Assembly (NCBI GenBank): GCA_002405565.1
Contig: DHMB01000020.1
Coordinates: forward strand, 8,241-44,594
DNA length: 36,354 nucleotides
Source of the DNA: Clostridiales bacterium UBA4653
GTDB lineage: Bacteria; Bacillota; Clostridia; Oscillospirales; CAG-272
Reading direction: 5' to 3'
The notes under the pieces were generated by a model. It did not search any database and was not told where the DNA came from. It worked only from the letters and a program-made list of their open reading frames with translations. The position numbers and the translations under genes were made by a program. Position 1 is the stretch's first letter; each line of letters begins with the position of its first letter. Shown piece after piece: positions 33,401 to 36,354 of this stretch.

Positions 33401-36354
33401 CGTGCGACAATCAGACGCTTGATTTCTCGCATGGCGTCGAGGGTAACCCCTGGGTCGGCGAGGCGAGAGTAAACGAAACGGCAAGAAAGCTCAAAGGAGC
33501 CGATTGTCTTGTTGTCACGCTGCGCGCGAGAGTTGAATGTAACGACGAAATGCGAATTCTGATTTCGGTCGTTTTCAATGAATTCATAAAGACGATATTC
33601 CCGGATACTTACAGGCTTCTTTCCATATGCCCTGTGCTTGCGTCGCCCATTGAAAACGCATGGGACGGCGACAAGTCGACGGATGAGCAGATACGCGTTC
33701 TTTATCCGTATCTTGCAAATTCGTGCCTAAAAGAAACCGACGATCATATCATGAGATTTATCATGGTCAACGACTGCGCGGACGACGTCGGAATTCTTGA
33801 CTGGTTCTATGACAAAAAAGCAAACTATATGAGGGAGTTCCTCTCGCATATATATTCATATATGCAGTGGCTCAAGATTTGCGGCAAGCCCGGAGCATAT
33901 ATATACTTTGGAGAAGACAAGCTTCCCGCATGCTTTGACCTTGAAGGCTGTTGCACCGTCTTTGACGGGCTCGGGCTCATCCTCAGCGACGACGGCGAGA
34001 CCGAAATTGAGACGGCAGGCAACTTTGAAGTGCTCTCAAGGACGAAGAGATGTGCATTCTGTCACAGAGTTGTTGAAAGCGGAAGATATGCGTTGTTTGA
34101 CAAGAAGCGCTATATCTGCGTTGACTGCTTTGACGTTGTCCGCGACAGAGATCAGCTCCGCGCACTTGTTCAGGAAGTCTATGAATACCTCAGAAAGACT
34201 TATCCGGACGTTGTATTCGGACAGACGGGCTTTGATATCGATAAGAGCTATGAGCTCGGCGAAGATCAGGTGCTCAGCGAAAATTATTACCGTATTGACT
34301 ATGACAGCCGCACGGTATATATAGAAAAAGAATTGCCTGTCACAAACGCGAGAGTTGCCATATTGCGCGGAATTATCGGCATGTGGCAGTATGACAATCA
34401 GCTTCTCATACCTCAGTCAAACGGACAGCTTTATTTCGAGGAGCTTTATTATCTCCGCGGACTCGGCAAGAACGAAAGCGCAGACTGGATACACGACGCG
34501 CTGGACGCCAATACCGCGTTTGTCATAAAGGATATAGAAGATTACATATCCGGAAAGGCAGAGACGGAAGAAACGCCGGATGAAACGCCGGAAGATACGG
34601 ACGACGTTGACAGCGTCGACGAAGCCGACGAGACAGACGAAGCCGGCGAAACCGATGAAAGCAAGGAAGCGCCGGAGACGGTCGAACCCGAAAAGTCCGA
34701 AGAAGAGCCTGCGCAAGAGCCGACAGAAGGCTCCCGCCGCACGAGCTTCACATATATGTGGGAAGTAATTGCGGAAATGCAGGAAGACGAGGACGACGAA
34801 GGCAGTGACGGCGACTATTCAAACGACCTCTATGATCCCAACAAGATCCCGCGTTTCTGGAAGTGCTATCTGCGCGGAGAGAAGGCGACGGATCAGGAAG
34901 ACCCGCTCTCGGACGATGACAGAGATCTTCTCGATGACGAAACTCTCGATAAGCTCGCGGGAGAAAGCGACGAAGAGGATGATGACAGCGACGAGAAAAA
35001 GGAGGAGACCTTGAATGACGAATGCTCCGGACGCGGAGAGATGATATTCTTCGAGCTGACCAAGCCGAACGCTCCGTTTGCGTATGAAGATCCCGCGGAG
35101 GACGCGGACGAAGAAAGCGGCGACGAAGGCACAGGCGACGGCTCCGAAAGCGAAGAAACTCCTGAAAACGAAGAGACGGAGGAGGGCGGAGAGCCCTCCG
35201 AAGTCAAAACGAAGGCTCAGCTCCGCAAGGAGGAAAAGGAACGCAAAAAGCGTCTGAAAGCCGAGGAGAAGCAGAAAAAACGGGAAGAGAAGGAAGCTCT
35301 GAAAAAAGAGAAGGAAGAGCGTAAGAAGGCTAAAAAAGAGGCTAAGAAAAAACGCGGGAAAACCGCGGAGGAAGAGCCTGCCGAGGATCCCGAAAAGACC
35401 GAGACCCCGGAGGGGACGGAAATACCGGAGACACCGGAAAATCCGGAAAATCCGGAAAATCCGGAGACGCCCGAAAATCCTGACAATTCCGAAGAAACGA
35501 AAAAGCCCAAAAAGCCGAAGAAGGAAAAGAAACCGAAGAAGGCAAAGACGCCGAAGAAGGGAAAAAAGAACAAAATCTTTGACCCGGACGAGGCGACTAA
35601 TCCCAAAATTCGCGTCTATAACGAGTTTGTCCGCCATGCATACGCATATGACAGAGGCGATATATCGAGAGAGGGCGTCACGGACGCAGAACTCCAAAGT
35701 ATATTTGCTTATGTCATCGGCGACTGGCCAGAGCTTTTCTGGCTCAGCGGTTACTCATACAACGCGCAAACCTTCAAGCTCACGTTCCGTTGCCTTGACG
35801 AAAACGGCGACGTTGACGTCCGACAGATAAAAAAGAAGATAAAGCTTCTGAAAAAAGGCGCAAAGGAATTCACAAAGGGAATAACCCGTCGTACAAAGCC
35901 GTATGACGCCTGCCTGAAAATATACCGCAGACTCATTCTCAAGCTTGATTATGACGGTATCGGACTCAACATACGCGCAGGAGAGGACATCGGTTCGGAC
36001 GACAGTCTGCGCTCGCTTTACAGCGCACTTGTCGAACACAAGGTTGTTTGCGCGGGATATGCTTTCGCAATGCAATATCTTTTGCAGTCTGTCGGGATAA
36101 GCGCGGCGTATGTTTCAAGCGAAACCGCGCCCGGCAACACATCGCATGCGTTCAATACGCTCCGCATAGGCAAGTATTGCTATTATCTCGACGCGACATG
36201 GGGCGACAATTCGAACACCATGACGGGCGAGACCAATCGCGGACGTATAACATATGACTATTTCTGCGTGCCTTACAGGGAATTCATCATGACCGGCGGT
36301 AACGCAAGGGAATATCATGAGCCGAGAAAGGAATATTATACAAATCTCGAAGAA
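30451..36354 (+). CDS. Giant (>=1968 aa, 3'-truncated) membrane protein: ~5 TM helices, degenerate SF2-helicase-like region, C4 zinc ribbon, polyampholyte low-complexity region, transglutaminase-like Cys protease core
   Basis: Not in the supplied ORF track. I checked every frame-1 codon from ATG 30451 (directly after TAA 30448-30450) to nt 36354 and found no stop (1968 codons). AAGGGGG SD about 10 nt upstream. C-terminal VVCAGYAFAMQYLL (Cys 36049-36051), TSHAFNTL (His 36145-36147) and YYLDATWGD (Asp 36190-36192) fit the transglutaminase-like C-H-D core. Confidence 0.88.
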   Translation, partial: MIVAAKILFLIVLLLVLSYPFLPFSSKAKRFSTFSSLRYNPPFNKRNFIFIPITIAEFIVVALIFEIIAGLCDKFGSLPFVSTIISAVEAKLGVQGGFFVFAVRVLLINIAILYAFIFVKGILRHVFIDPIFGWGKNGKMTRKERKALAEKRKLEKKKRKEAKKRGEKYVAEEPAPEPVKTDDGEEDPENGHIMRFPHLEGDEEKDENKKRSGETEKESSSETEGIPKEEEPPAPPKSEFMRAILGIFFEAPDYLYARPSVARATAVLQTFLYIVEAIYILLFVNMAAMLVFAMPEWMYRVAQIIRSFYIYPFISVIFLQEICNFLRTKQPVEKPEELMQKEEEETKKECEARLVALNNELTKRFDENHFFRYYPELPCKEVPEYVCTNIPYASALAYIREYARQNSGHVVQSYMESLDAVFNDNHIYFGTSFYSEYGEYLISYAYTRLLSGARMIFIISDMEKAESLRRYIRDRLTSMTNCSNNATWRVYIKGERLDQADILIATPEDFRDDSIINHYPAFFEEVCNAVFVDADRITAIYGYLCPILSMRLKKATENRIRFIFLTRDIMRGFAAKSLPRYFCIDKVYTCSSALENESTAYTLLNRESKHHRIYNKHGQTLTSLECIVAEQAVKFGVDGVKVISGAPIDHADAVSLATKGVELNEFYKPVPKINYMIYADDRCNLASAIYTCTRFRGHVKSIANIISKPYLLRDYFVFMASNGEYINRSSFIQPRAVESMDVGKLSLLRIFCEASMDDGMSLAKFCEKMRNIIEMVGNRFSSAPSCFCGDMIDKIKSGELVPDEDDYAAYLVSGLFDYAGTGKDRSEGKKAKDYYLIVDSKYSTSASRDKTICFKRSKYFFDRLTDKNKRVELRLNDSTIGYLDTFPGRVHQQYMVGQSIIFRNMEYEIGEISDDSSVIYLRNENVTFKNSLDTFFLRRYDVRNLEKVGDEGILYRSNSNLAEIRVSHAIADITGENYGFFTLTCDNQTLDFSHGVEGNPWVGEARVNETARKLKGADCLVVTLRARVECNDEMRILISVVFNEFIKTIFPDTYRLLSICPVLASPIENAWDGDKSTDEQIRVLYPYLANSCLKETDDHIMRFIMVNDCADDVGILDWFYDKKANYMREFLSHIYSYMQWLKICGKPGAYIYFGEDKLPACFDLEGCCTVFDGLGLILSDDGETEIETAGNFEVLSRTKRCAFCHRVVESGRYALFDKKRYICVDCFDVVRDRDQLRALVQEVYEYLRKTYPDVVFGQTGFDIDKSYELGEDQVLSENYYRIDYDSRTVYIEKELPVTNARVAILRGIIGMWQYDNQLLIPQSNGQLYFEELYYLRGLGKNESADWIHDALDANTAFVIKDIEDYISGKAETEETPDETPEDTDDVDSVDEADETDEAGETDESKEAPETVEPEKSEEEPAQEPTEGSRRTSFTYMWEVIAEMQEDEDDEGSDGDYSNDLYDPNKIPRFWKCYLRGEKATDQEDPLSDDDRDLLDDETLDKLAGESDEEDDDSDEKKEETLNDECSGRGEMIFFELTKPNAPFAYEDPAEDADEESGDEGTGDGSESEETPENEETEEGGEPSEVKTKAQLRKEEKERKKRLKAEEKQKKREEKEALKKEKEERKKAKKEAKKKRGKTAEEEPAEDPEKTETPEGTEIPETPENPENPENPETPENPDNSEETKKPKKPKKEKKPKKAKTPKKGKKNKIFDPDEATNPKIRVYNEFVRHAYAYDRGDISREGVTDAELQSIFAYVIGDWPELFWLSGYSYNAQTFKLTFRCLDENGDVDVRQIKKKIKLLKKGAKEFTKGITRRTKPYDACLKIYRRLILKLDYDGIGLNIRAGEDIGSDDSLRSLYSALVEHKVVCAGYAFAMQYLLQSVGISAAYVSSETAPGNTSHAFNTLRIGKYCYYLDATWGDNSNTMTGETNRGRITYDYFCVPYREFIMTGGNAREYHEPRKEYYTNLEE
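35425..35487 (+). repeat. In-frame 9-nt tandem repeat (Pro-Glu-Asn/Thr units) inside the giant ORF
   Basis: Seven 9-nt units. Three are perfect ccggaaaat copies (35434-35442, 35443-35451, 35452-35460), flanked by ccggagaca, ccggagacg, cccgaaaat and cctgacaat. Encodes PETPENPENPENPETPENPDN. Confidence 0.85.

Noticed and set aside
35425-35487. The short tandem repeat array, considered as a possible CRISPR or other non-coding repeat.
   Set aside because: The units are 9 nt, contiguous with no spacers, and codon-aligned inside an open reading frame. This is a coding microsatellite, not a CRISPR array.
34819-35697. A 292-aa minus-strand ORF, plus nested minus ORFs (34893-35207, 35217-35606, 35342-35545), with Leu/Phe/Arg/Ser-rich repetitive translations.
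   Set aside because: They are an artefact of the GA-rich Glu/Lys/Asp codon runs on the + strand, whose complement lacks stops. There is no independent coding evidence.
14081-36354. Calling the cluster a mobile genomic island or prophage remnant.
   Set aside because: No integrase, recombinase, transposase, tRNA target, phage structural genes or flanking repeats are visible. The downstream boundary lies outside the window.

Overview
This 36.4-kb window is from an endospore-forming Firmicute (Clostridia-like, roughly 50% GC by eye), and every supportable gene is on the + strand. The first ~14 kb is ordinary housekeeping and sporulation synteny: hflX (5'-truncated by the window edge), yigZ, a dgt-like HD hydrolase, dnaG, rpoD/sigA, an orphan 1078-aa lipoprotein, and a complete spoIIIAA-AH operon with a clean terminator.

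A ~475-nt AT-rich spacer follows. It carries a perfect TTGACA-17-TATAAT promoter and a terminator-like leader hairpin. The remaining >=22 kb is a tightly packed co-directional cluster with no textbook counterpart:
- a cytoplasmic TIR + BspA-type LRR protein;
- a 507-aa polytopic membrane protein;
- a 1105-aa surface vWA protein (intact MIDAS) with Ig-like repeats, one TM helix and a Lys-rich cytoplasmic tail;
- two giant paralogous tubulin/FtsZ-superfamily proteins, one of 1291 aa with a canonical AGGTGSG signature and acidic C-tail, the other of 1061 aa with a degenerate signature;
- a 680-aa TM-hairpin/coiled-coil protein;
- an ORF absent from the supplied track. Frame 1 is open from ATG 30451 to the window end (>=1968 aa). 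It encodes a multi-TM protein with degenerate SF2-helicase-like motifs, a C4 zinc ribbon, extreme acidic and Lys-rich low complexity, and a transglutaminase-like Cys-His-Asp core.

I read this cluster as a candidate undescribed envelope-spanning tubulin-based system, either defence/conflict or membrane remodelling. All domain calls come from motifs read by eye, with no HMM or database search. I found no rRNA, tRNA, CRISPR array, transposase or integrase.
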